Origin: Patescibacteria group bacterium
GTDB lineage: Bacteria > Patescibacteriota > Minisyncoccia > Phycocordibacterales > UBA9973
Direction: 5' to 3'
Assembly: GCA_018813625.1 (NCBI GenBank)
Contig: JAHJBA010000055.1
Coordinates: 1-58,428, forward strand
Length of the DNA: 58,428 nt
Below, piece after piece: positions 26,127 through 34,073 of the stretch. Each line of letters starts with the position of its first letter. The stretch's first letter is position 1. A model generated the notes under the pieces. That model had not been told where the DNA came from. It saw only the letters and a list, made by a program, of their open reading frames with translations, and did no database searches. The position numbers and the translations under genes are program-made.

Positions 26127-27230
26127 CTATGCAGTTTTATTTTGAAATTTTGATATTTGTAACACAATACCTACCGCTATTAGATATATCATCAACGAAG
26201 TCCCTCCATGACTCATAAAAACTAATGGGACTCCCGTCAGAGGGGTAACCCCTGTAATAGAAGCTATATTCATAAACGACTGCGCTACAATTAGTATAAC
26301 AATTCCAGAAACCAAAAGTCTACTAAACATATCAGGAGAGTTGTTTGCTATTCGAAGCCCACGCAGGGCAAAAATGGAATAGAGTAATATGGTAATAAAT
26401 GTCCCCACAAAACCAAGCTCTTCTCCTAATACAGCAAAGATCGAATCCCCTTGTGGTTCAGGCAAATAGCTAAATTTTTGAATACTTTGCCCTAAACCAC
26501 GTCCAAATATTCCACCAGATCCAATAGCTATAAGAGATTGTTGAATTTGGTATGATGATCCTCTTGGATCCTGCGATGGGTCAATAAATGTTTTAACACG
26601 TTCCCGAAGGTAAGGAGTAAAAAAAACTAAAGAACTCACAACAATAGTGATCATAGCTCCAACTCCTAAAATATGTTTTAGGGGGGTTCCAGATATAAAA
26701 AGCATGGCAACCCCAGTGATGGTAATTAATATAAAACTTTTTGTGTCTGGTTGTTTTAGTAAAATAAAAGCAATGATGGCGAGCATGATGACAAGAGGAA
26801 GAATACTAAACTTGAAATTTTTTACTCTACCTTTAGCCCATGAAAGCCATGCTGCAAAATAAACAACAAAACCGAATTTTAATATCTCCACCGGCTGAAA
26901 TGAAAGCGGTCCTACTTTTATCCATCGCTGGGCTCCCCCATGACTCCAGCCCAAATGTGGTATAAAAACAGCCGCCGTTACAGCAATAGAACATAAAAAA
27001 ATAATCAAGGAATACTTGCGCCAAAATTTGTAATTTATTTTCATGGCTAAAAACATCCCAATAGTTCCTAAAACAAGACCCAAGACTAACTGGCTGAAAA
27101 GAACCGAAAAAAATTTTTCTTCACTCTTAACTAGAAGTCCTAGGGAAGCAGAGACAAATATGGCAACTCCAAGACAAGCTAGAAGAATAACCGTAGTAAA
27201 AAAGAATTTATCAATTTTTTTTTCTTTCAT
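26127..27230 (-). CDS. ftsW: SEDS-family peptidoglycan polymerase FtsW/RodA
   Basis: 367-aa polytopic protein with conserved LPEPQGDSIFA and the PLVFMSHGGTS tail. Lies between mraY and murG. Confidence 0.85.
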   Translation of the reverse strand: MKEKKIDKFFFTTVILLACLGVAIFVSASLGLLVKSEEKFFSVLFSQLVLGLVLGTIGMFLAMKINYKFWRKYSLIIFLCSIAVTAAVFIPHLGWSHGGAQRWIKVGPLSFQPVEILKFGFVVYFAAWLSWAKGRVKNFKFSILPLVIMLAIIAFILLKQPDTKSFILITITGVAMLFISGTPLKHILGVGAMITIVVSSLVFFTPYLRERVKTFIDPSQDPRGSSYQIQQSLIAIGSGGIFGRGLGQSIQKFSYLPEPQGDSIFAVLGEELGFVGTFITILLYSIFALRGLRIANNSPDMFSRLLVSGIVILIVAQSFMNIASITGVTPLTGVPLVFMSHGGTSLMIYLIAVGIVLQISKFQNKTA

Positions 27231-27242
27231 TTTATAATCTTA

Positions 27243-28295
27243 TCAGCCTATAACTGCTATAATTATTCCTAAAATTGCAAAAATAATCGACAAAATCCAG
27301 AAGCGCATGGTGACCTTGTATGACGGCCACCCCAAGGCTTCAAAATGATGATGAATGGGCGTTACTTTGAATAATCTTTTACCCCTTCTTAGCTTCTTAG
27401 AAGCCATTTGTAAAATAACTGAGAGAGAAGTCAAAACCAACGGAAACGCTACAATGGGCAGGACTAAAACCGAATCAGTCAAGAACGCCAATGTTGCCAG
27501 AACAATAGTAAGTCCCATAATGCCCGTTTCTCCCATATAAAACCTAGCCGGAGGAATATTGAACCATAAAAATGCTAAAATCGCCCCCGTAATTACGCCA
27601 GAAAAAACAGCCAAATCTATTTGCTGATTAGCAAAAGCGATTACGGAATATGCGCCAAAAATTGAAGCAAGCACTCCGCCGGAAAGCCCGTCTATTCCGT
27701 CTATCACTCCGCCGGAAAATGTCGCCAACGCCACAATAATAAAAAACGGAATTATTAAAATACCTAAAAATATTTCTCCGCCAAATGGGATATGAATGGA
27801 AGTCATGCCAAGCTTGTAAAAGAACCAAATTCCAATCAAAAGAGAAATGAAAGTAATAATAATAACCTTCCATTTTCTCCAAGAAATATCGTCATGAGCA
27901 ATTTTTCCTTTTCCATAAATTTGAATCAAATCATCCAAAAGCCCGAGAAGCGCGCCAAAAAGAAGAGTAAAAAGCGGTATCAAAGTTTGGTTTCTGCTCA
28001 AGAAATTCATCTTCTCAGTAATAGCCGAAGGAAATAGAATTGATGTCAGGTAAAAAAGAATAATCACCAACAATACCGAAACCCAAACTATTATTCCACC
28101 AACACGTGGAGTCCTAAGCTCTGCATTTTCATCACGAGCAATTTTTAATTCTGGGCTGGTTATGCTTTCACTTCGCGAATACCTCTTCCACATTTTGTAT
28201 TTATAGAAAAAATGCGTTGCAACCGGCGTAATAAAAAGCCCAATAAAAAAGGCCAATGTCGTCGGTATAAAAATTTTTAATAAATTTAAAAGCAT
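27243..28295 (-). CDS. mraY: Phospho-N-acetylmuramoyl-pentapeptide transferase MraY
   Basis: 350 aa with VIDGIDGLSGG and PIHHHFE motifs. Confidence 0.9.
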   Translation of the reverse strand: MLLNLLKIFIPTTLAFFIGLFITPVATHFFYKYKMWKRYSRSESITSPELKIARDENAELRTPRVGGIIVWVSVLLVIILFYLTSILFPSAITEKMNFLSRNQTLIPLFTLLFGALLGLLDDLIQIYGKGKIAHDDISWRKWKVIIITFISLLIGIWFFYKLGMTSIHIPFGGEIFLGILIIPFFIIVALATFSGGVIDGIDGLSGGVLASIFGAYSVIAFANQQIDLAVFSGVITGAILAFLWFNIPPARFYMGETGIMGLTIVLATLAFLTDSVLVLPIVAFPLVLTSLSVILQMASKKLRRGKRLFKVTPIHHHFEALGWPSYKVTMRFWILSIIFAILGIIIAVIG

Positions 28296-28304
28296 TAAAT
28301 TGAA

Positions 28305-29180
28305 TTATAATACATTTATAAGTTTTTCCATATCAGAAAAACGGCCTTCCATGGTTGAGCCAAGCACAGTTATGGCTATTCTATGCCCATCTCTGTTTTT
28401 TAATATTACAGTTAAATTACCTCCAGCAAGCTGGGTGAAGCCAGTTTTTGAAAACAATAAATCAGGTATTTTACCTAAAATAATATTGGTATTTTTGATA
28501 TTATGACTAAAACCGGATTCTGATTTGAAATTCATTTCCGGTAAAACAGTTATGCCAAAAACTTCGGGATAAGCCTCTAGAGCGTAGAGAGCCATAATAT
28601 TAGCATCCCTCGCAGAGGCATATGCACTAACTCTTTCTCCGTCCATATCAAGTCCAGTGGAACTTGAAAACAAACTATCCTCCATGCCTATCCTGCGTGC
28701 CTTACTGTTCATTTTTTCCAGAAAATCGCTGATGTTTTCCGATAGAGCGTAGGCGCCGTCATTAACTGAACCTATTAAGGTAAGTTTCGCAAGATCTCCC
28801 CTCTTCCATTTTTCATTTATAAAAAGTCCATAGTCACCCATTTGATCTATGGCTTTTTTTGAGATTACAACTTCAGAACTCAAATCACTATCATCAAGTG
28901 AAACGAGAATTGTCATGGTTTTTACCAAGGACGCAAGGGGCAACATTTCATTTTGGTTTTGGCCATAAATTTCTCTACCTAAATCAGCATCAATAACGGA
29001 AACAGCTTTCGCTTTTACTTGCACTTCAGAAAGAACTTTTCCTATTATTTGAATTCTTTCTTCTTCCTTCCTAAACCCTTCATTTGATTTATAGTTTCCA
29101 ATATAAAACAAAATTGCCTCTGCAATGAAGACAATTAAAACAAAAATCAGAAGAAAATTTTTATTGTTCGTTTTGCTCAT
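28305..29180 (-). CDS. D-alanyl-D-alanine carboxypeptidase (S11, PBP5-like)
   Basis: 291 aa with an N-terminal TM and motifs SLVK (SxxK), SVN (SxN) and KTGFT (KTG). Confidence 0.8.
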   Translation of the reverse strand: MSKTNNKNFLLIFVLIVFIAEAILFYIGNYKSNEGFRKEEERIQIIGKVLSEVQVKAKAVSVIDADLGREIYGQNQNEMLPLASLVKTMTILVSLDDSDLSSEVVISKKAIDQMGDYGLFINEKWKRGDLAKLTLIGSVNDGAYALSENISDFLEKMNSKARRIGMEDSLFSSSTGLDMDGERVSAYASARDANIMALYALEAYPEVFGITVLPEMNFKSESGFSHNIKNTNIILGKIPDLLFSKTGFTQLAGGNLTVILKNRDGHRIAITVLGSTMEGRFSDMEKLINVL

Positions 29181-29721
29181 TTTCTATCTCTTCCTTTAAC
29201 TCTTCCGCAATTATTTCAACAGAACCATTGACCTCGTCATAATCTGGTAATTCTTCTGGGGATTTTATTCCCATAAATGACAGAGTTTCAAAGGTTGGCT
29301 TGTAGATATATCTGCGACTATCTTTTTTGTCCACAATTTTTTCTACGAGCCCGCGCATAGACAAAGCACGCAAGGTAAAACTTGAATTAACTCCTCTTAT
29401 GTAATCAATTTCCGACCTGGTAGCTCCGTTCTTGTAAAGAACAATTGAAAGCGTTTCCAGGCTCGCCTTGGAAAGATTTTTGTTGAATTCTTCCTTCTGT
29501 AAATTTTCGATAAGATCTGAAATTCCTGGGTTAGTGCCAAGAGTTATTTCCCCCTCCTTCGCCAATAACACAATTCCTCTGTCTGCGAGCCTAACGGAAA
29601 GCTCCCCCACTGCGCTCGCAATTTCATCTTTTGAAACTTTAAAAATCTCAACCAGCTTTTCTACAGACATCGGTTCTCCTTTCCAAAACAAAACAGCCTC
29701 TATTTTTTGTTCTAAATTCAT
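29161..29721 (-). CDS. scpB: Segregation and condensation protein B
   Basis: 186 aa with tandem winged-helix layout (AVLFWKGEPMSV..., SLETLSIVLYKNGATRSEIDYIRGV). Follows scpA. Confidence 0.8.
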   Translation of the reverse strand: MNLEQKIEAVLFWKGEPMSVEKLVEIFKVSKDEIASAVGELSVRLADRGIVLLAKEGEITLGTNPGISDLIENLQKEEFNKNLSKASLETLSIVLYKNGATRSEIDYIRGVNSSFTLRALSMRGLVEKIVDKKDSRRYIYKPTFETLSFMGIKSPEELPDYDEVNGSVEIIAEELKEEIENEQNEQ

Positions 29722-29722
29722 C

Positions 29723-30481
29723 TTATATATTTTCTATTATTAACTCTTGTTTTTCAATTATAATATCCTCAAAATTACTTTCTTGAACTGCGCTAAGTAA
29801 GCCCTGTCTCACAAGTTCAAGCATGGCTAGAAATCCTACAATCATCGTTACTTTTTCTTCCCTAGTTATTGGCTGACCCGATCTGCCTACTGGCCGGCAA
29901 GTAAAATCTTTAAAATTCAACTTCAGAGAATTTTGGATCCTATCTGTCAATTTGTTTATCATCTCCTCTATACTAATCGCTTTCTTTACTTCCACTTCCG
30001 GCAAAAAAACTTTTTTGGGAATTTTACCTAAAACATCACGCGCAAAAATCATCATGCTTTCTTTGGTAATCTGATCATCTGGTAAAAAAACTAAAGTTTC
30101 CTTTTTCCTTTCTAATGGTTGAAAAATTATCTTTTTTCCAAACATCTCTTTCACATTAGCCCCAAGCCGGGAATAAAGCTCGAATAGTTTGAGCCTGTTC
30201 TCTAAGTTACGGATATCACCCTCTTCCTCGAGGGTTAAATTTAAATTCGGCAAAAGTGATTTCGATTTGATTAAAATCAATGTCGCCGCAACAACAATAA
30301 AGCTTGAAATTTCAGCCGGACTCAACCCGCCCAAATTATTCACATATTTTAAATAATCTTCCGTTACTTCAGCAAGCGATATTTCATTGATAAAAAGCTT
30401 CCTTTCTTCAACTAAATTTAAAAGTAGCCCGAACGGCCCTTCAAAATTCGCTGTTTTTATCTTATATACTTCCATTTCCAT
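29723..30481 (-). CDS. scpA: Segregation and condensation protein A (kleisin)
   Basis: 252 aa with FEGPFGLLLNLVEERKL at the N-terminus and a C-terminal winged helix (FLAMLELVRQG). Confidence 0.8.
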   Translation of the reverse strand: MEMEVYKIKTANFEGPFGLLLNLVEERKLFINEISLAEVTEDYLKYVNNLGGLSPAEISSFIVVAATLILIKSKSLLPNLNLTLEEEGDIRNLENRLKLFELYSRLGANVKEMFGKKIIFQPLERKKETLVFLPDDQITKESMMIFARDVLGKIPKKVFLPEVEVKKAISIEEMINKLTDRIQNSLKLNFKDFTCRPVGRSGQPITREEKVTMIVGFLAMLELVRQGLLSAVQESNFEDIIIEKQELIIENI

Positions 30482-30629
30482 GCTACTTAAAATAAACTAA
30501 CCCTATTATTATAGCACAATTTCCGGTTATTTTTATTTTTATTGTATAATTGAAAGGTCGAGTTTGTTTATTAATTAATGATTTAATACTTAGTGAAAAA
30601 ACTGTATTTTTTGTGATTCAAAAGAAAAC

Positions 30630-31040
30630 TTAATTAATAGTCAAACTGGTAACTTCTCTTTTTTCGTTCACAATATATGAAAAATTCTTTTTCTCCTGAA
30701 TATGTCCATCTTCATAGGTCACTACACCCGATTTGTTTTTTAAGTCCACTGTTGAGCTTAAAACATACCAAGTCCCACCCAATACAGCTTTAACTGGCGA
30801 AAGAGTATTAATATTATCTTTTAAGTAATTTTCTATATTTTTTTTCTCATCTAAATCCGAATAGGACACTACCCTATCATCTGCCCCATCTCCACATCCA
30901 GTTTCGGGAATAGGAGAACTTGGATTGCCATGTTTTACCCACTGCCCATCTTGGCATATCCAATTATCTTCCCTACTCAAAAACCTCATTCCCAAAATGA
31001 CTAAAATAATAACTATCGCGGTAACAAAAATTTTTTTCAT
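30630..31040 (-). CDS. Hypothetical membrane-anchored/secreted protein
   Basis: The start was moved to the internal MKKIFVTAIVIILVILG signal/TM. The track ORF start at 31112 would overlap the upstream gene by 68 nt. Confidence 0.5.
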   Translation of the reverse strand: MKKIFVTAIVIILVILGMRFLSREDNWICQDGQWVKHGNPSSPIPETGCGDGADDRVVSYSDLDEKKNIENYLKDNINTLSPVKAVLGGTWYVLSSTVDLKNKSGVVTYEDGHIQEKKNFSYIVNEKREVTSLTIN

Positions 31041-31044
31041 AAAT

Positions 31045-31905
31045 TTATTGTATCGGGCAGGTATTCTTCCCCATCGCTGCGTAAATTCCGCACCAGCTGA
31101 AAATTGCTTCAAAGAAAAGGAATCCGGACAAGAATAGGACTATTGGATTCCAGATTGTTGTGATGGCTAGGATTAGCAATATTGCACCCAATATGGCGCG
31201 GATTATGCGGTCGCGTTTGTTTATGTTTTTGCCCACTCTTTGACTAGATTTTTTGCCCCAGAATTTCATTGCCAAACGATACAAAAATCCAATAATAAAT
31301 GCGAGTATGTACATTATGATTATGTAACCTATACCAAATGGCGAGAGAATAAAACTGGCCGGCGATTCATTAAAAAAATCTTTCTTAATTTTATGAATTA
31401 AATTAACTGCATTGATAGTTTCCTTCAAGTCAAAAGCTTCTTTTTCTCCGATGGCCAAAGAATATTTGCTGTCATTATTTGCGCTCCATACATAGATATC
31501 ATATTTCCCCGCTTCCACGCGAGCTTTATATTCCGGACCCATTAAATAAGAATCAAAACCGAACGGTTCAAAAAACTTTTTCCATTCAAAATTTGGTCCA
31601 TCAAGAAAGACAAGCGGTTCGTTCATTTTATTATCTTTTATGACAAAGGCGTAAACATCTCTCTTTTGTCCCTTAATATCTGGAACCAAAAGATTTATAT
31701 ATAAATCGAAAGATCGATCCGAATCTATGCGATACATCTGCGAGTCGCCCTCCAGCTTCGAATAATATGCCTTGGAAATTTCAGGATCATAGACCATTGT
31801 TTCCTTCTGCTCTGTAATCCTGGGCTGATGCGCAAATGCAAAAACCGGTGCAAATAAAAAGAGTGCTATAAATATAATTAGTACATTTTTTAATATTGTT
31901 TTCAT
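31045..31905 (-). CDS. Secreted domain fused to a C-terminal DUF2892 (YgaP-tail-like) membrane module
   Basis: 286 aa. Signal peptide ending FAFAHQPR, a ~170-aa unknown domain, a TM, then RIIRAILGAILLILAI...FEAIFSWCGIYAAMGKNTCP, which resembles DUF2892. Confidence 0.55.
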   Translation of the reverse strand: MKTILKNVLIIFIALFLFAPVFAFAHQPRITEQKETMVYDPEISKAYYSKLEGDSQMYRIDSDRSFDLYINLLVPDIKGQKRDVYAFVIKDNKMNEPLVFLDGPNFEWKKFFEPFGFDSYLMGPEYKARVEAGKYDIYVWSANNDSKYSLAIGEKEAFDLKETINAVNLIHKIKKDFFNESPASFILSPFGIGYIIIMYILAFIIGFLYRLAMKFWGKKSSQRVGKNINKRDRIIRAILGAILLILAITTIWNPIVLFLSGFLFFEAIFSWCGIYAAMGKNTCPIQ

Positions 31906-31914
31906 ATAGACAAT

Positions 31915-31923
31915 ATTATATCA
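31915..31923 (-). promoter_or_regulatory. Extended -10 element (TGATATAAT) 9 nt upstream of the 31905 ATG
   Basis: Minus strand reads TGATATAAT-ATTGTCTAT-ATG, with no SD-like sequence in the interval. Confidence 0.45.
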
Positions 31924-31936
31924 CAAAATTTGGCCC

Positions 31937-31964
31937 TTGACTGTTTTTTGTTATTTGCTATTAT
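31937..31964 (+). promoter_or_regulatory. Orphan sigma70-type promoter (TTGACT-N16-TATTAT)
   Basis: ttgact at 31937-31942 and tattat at 31959-31964. No plus-strand ORF follows. Confidence 0.5.
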
Positions 31965-31970
31965 ATTTAT

Positions 31971-32147
31971 GGATTTTTAATTAGTAAATCCTTCTGGGTA
32001 AAACTAGAAGGTCACGTTCTTTTATTTCATCCTTTTGCGTTTTGTTTTGGCGAAAGCCAGAAATTTGCTCTGTAAAGAAAGAGCAGAAGCCTCTTGAAGG
32101 CAAAAGTGTCCTGGCCCCGATACCACCATGTGGTGTCGGGGTTTTTT
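31971..32147 (+). ncRNA. Candidate ~177-nt small RNA of unknown class
   Basis: Bounded by the promoter above and a strong terminator. Contains hairpins GGATTT/AAATCC, TGGC-GAAA-GCCA, TGCTCT/AGAGCA and GCCT/AGGC. No plausible ORF on the plus strand. Confidence 0.35.
32115..32147 (+). terminator. Plus-strand intrinsic terminator
   Basis: ccccgataccac-cat-gtggtgtcgggg (12-bp stem, one G-U pair) followed by tttttt. On the minus strand no U-run follows the hairpin. Confidence 0.7.
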
Positions 32148-32190
32148 ATTATTTAAATAAAAATGACGGAAAATAATGATTATTTGTCCG

Positions 32191-32592
32191 TCAATTTTGA
32201 CTATACTTCGGAAAGTACACACAACCTTCCGAAACATCAAAGAAATATACCAGCTTTTCCAATTCTGGATACTCCACAATGAGTAGGAGTATTTCTTTTC
32301 CTTCATAGAGAAGATACCCTTCATAAGCCCGTGCCCCTTGGCCTGAAGAACCTTTTAAAAAGTGATAGCAATTGCTTCCAAGATTGTAAAATCTCATATC
32401 AAAAGCTTTTTCTTCTATGGAGTCTACGGAAAAGGTATTGGTAATAAAGATATTTACCTCAACCTTTTCATTTTCAAATTCTATGGAACCAGCAGCATGA
32501 ACACCGCATCCTTTTTCGATGAAATGATTCCATTTTTTTCTACTACTTTTTAGATTTATCCATCCAGTAGTTGGTAAATTCTCGACTATCAT
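32191..32592 (-). CDS. Hypothetical protein
   Basis: 133-aa ORF with no recognisable motif. Its 3' end is convergent with the candidate sRNA. Confidence 0.45.
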   Translation of the reverse strand: MIVENLPTTGWINLKSSRKKWNHFIEKGCGVHAAGSIEFENEKVEVNIFITNTFSVDSIEEKAFDMRFYNLGSNCYHFLKGSSGQGARAYEGYLLYEGKEILLLIVEYPELEKLVYFFDVSEGCVYFPKYSQN

Positions 32593-32681
32593 AATATTTG
32601 ATTTTTAAATTTCAATTTGAATAAGCTTCTGTCTGCATAGTAGCACAGATAGATAAAAAAGTAAACCCCCCTGTTTATATC

Positions 32682-34070
32682 TTATTGAGTCCTTTCAATC
32701 AACTTATACAGAAGCCGAACTGGAGTGCCAAGAGCCCCTTTAGCCAAATTTTCCCCTGCCATCGAAGTCATGCGAGGCGCAATATCGAGATGAACCCATT
32801 TAAAACCTTTTATAAATTGATGAAGAAAAATCGCAGCGTAAATTGCTCCGCCATCGCGGGAGTCTTTGTTATGGACATTAGCCCAATCGCCAAGATTTCC
32901 CTTTATTTCATTTTCGTATTCTTCCCAAAGTGGCAAACGCCAGACATAGTCCCCTGTTTTTTCGCCAATTTCCTCAAAAACTTTTGATAGATTATCATCA
33001 TTAGTAAAAATAGCAGTCGCCCGTTCACCTAAAGCCACAACCGCCGCACCAGTAAGAGTTGCAACATCAATCACAACTTCAGGATCATATTTTTGAGCAT
33101 AGGTTAAGGCGTCCGCTAAAATAACCCTACCCTCAGCGTCGGTATTCAAAATTTCAATAGTCTTTCCAGACATAGAACGAACCACATCTCCTGGACGATA
33201 ACTTTTTCCCGATGTCATGTTTTCGACTGAAGGAATCAATCCTATGACATTCTTTTTTAATTTCATTTTTGCAACAAGAGCCATAACATGAATTACCGAA
33301 GCTCCGCCAGACATATCCATATTCATTCCAAAAAGAGAAGAAGATGGTTTTAAGTTTATTCCACCTGAATCAAAGGTGACACCCTTGCCCACAAGTACGA
33401 TAGGTTTTTCTTCTTTGGGTCCAGCCAAATATTCCATAATAATAAATTTTGATTCTTCATCAGATCCGCGTCCGACAGAAAGGATGGCTTGCATATTTTG
33501 TTTTTCCATTTCTTTTTCACCTAAAACTTTTACTTTTACTGTTGTGCCCCTCACTGCCTCTTTTGCTTTTTCTACTAGAATTTTTGGCGTCATATCTCCG
33601 CCTGGCGTGTTGGCCAAAGTTCTTGTTTTATTCACTTCATCTGCAATAACACCTCCTTTCAACATTGCATTTTCTATCTCCTTTGTTGCTCCAAGTACAA
33701 AAACCTCCTTAATAAAATTAAAACCTTCTTCTGGTGGAGTCTTATAGTCAGTGAATTCATAATTAGCAAAATCAAGCTGGGAACCGATCATCTCTCCAAG
33801 CTCCAAGTCAGAAAGGTTCGTATTCTTAAATCTAAAATCATTAAAATTAAAAGCGATTCTTTCCGCTTTTACACCTTTTGCTACTACAATCATTTTTCGA
33901 ACGAGCAAAAATAACTTCCTTAGATTCATTTTGTCTGATTCGTCGCACTTCAAAAACAGAGCTTTTACTCCATTTTCTCTTATAATTTCGTCCTTATTCT
34001 TAGAGCTAACCACGACGAAAAGAGTTTCGCCGTTTATTTCTTTTACATTGTTTTTGAATATTATTTTCAT
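32682..34070 (-). CDS. pepA: Leucyl aminopeptidase (M17)
   Basis: 462 aa with VGKGVTFDSGG, NTDAEGRV and the DIATLTGA-like VATLTGAA. Confidence 0.9.
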   Translation of the reverse strand: MKIIFKNNVKEINGETLFVVVSSKNKDEIIRENGVKALFLKCDESDKMNLRKLFLLVRKMIVVAKGVKAERIAFNFNDFRFKNTNLSDLELGEMIGSQLDFANYEFTDYKTPPEEGFNFIKEVFVLGATKEIENAMLKGGVIADEVNKTRTLANTPGGDMTPKILVEKAKEAVRGTTVKVKVLGEKEMEKQNMQAILSVGRGSDEESKFIIMEYLAGPKEEKPIVLVGKGVTFDSGGINLKPSSSLFGMNMDMSGGASVIHVMALVAKMKLKKNVIGLIPSVENMTSGKSYRPGDVVRSMSGKTIEILNTDAEGRVILADALTYAQKYDPEVVIDVATLTGAAVVALGERATAIFTNDDNLSKVFEEIGEKTGDYVWRLPLWEEYENEIKGNLGDWANVHNKDSRDGGAIYAAIFLHQFIKGFKWVHLDIAPRMTSMAGENLAKGALGTPVRLLYKLIERTQ

Positions 34071-34073
34071 AAT

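Noticed and set aside
30630-31112. Long N-terminal extensions in the ORF track (30630-31112, 39258-40535, 40574-40930, 40921-41976, 47722-48687, 50276-52000)
   Set aside because: In each case an internal Met gives a canonical N-terminus or signal peptide and removes an overlap with the neighbouring gene. The shorter coordinates were used.
31971-32147. Candidate sRNA as SRP RNA, 6S RNA, tmRNA or RNase P RNA
   Set aside because: It has no SRP domain IV motif and no end-to-end closing helix typical of 6S. It has no tRNA-like termini for tmRNA and is too short for RNase P RNA. It is left unclassified.
32022-32324. 100-aa minus-strand ORF
   Set aside because: It overlaps the 3' part of the 32191-32592 ORF and runs antisense through the candidate sRNA and its terminator. 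The low-complexity basic sequence has no start context.
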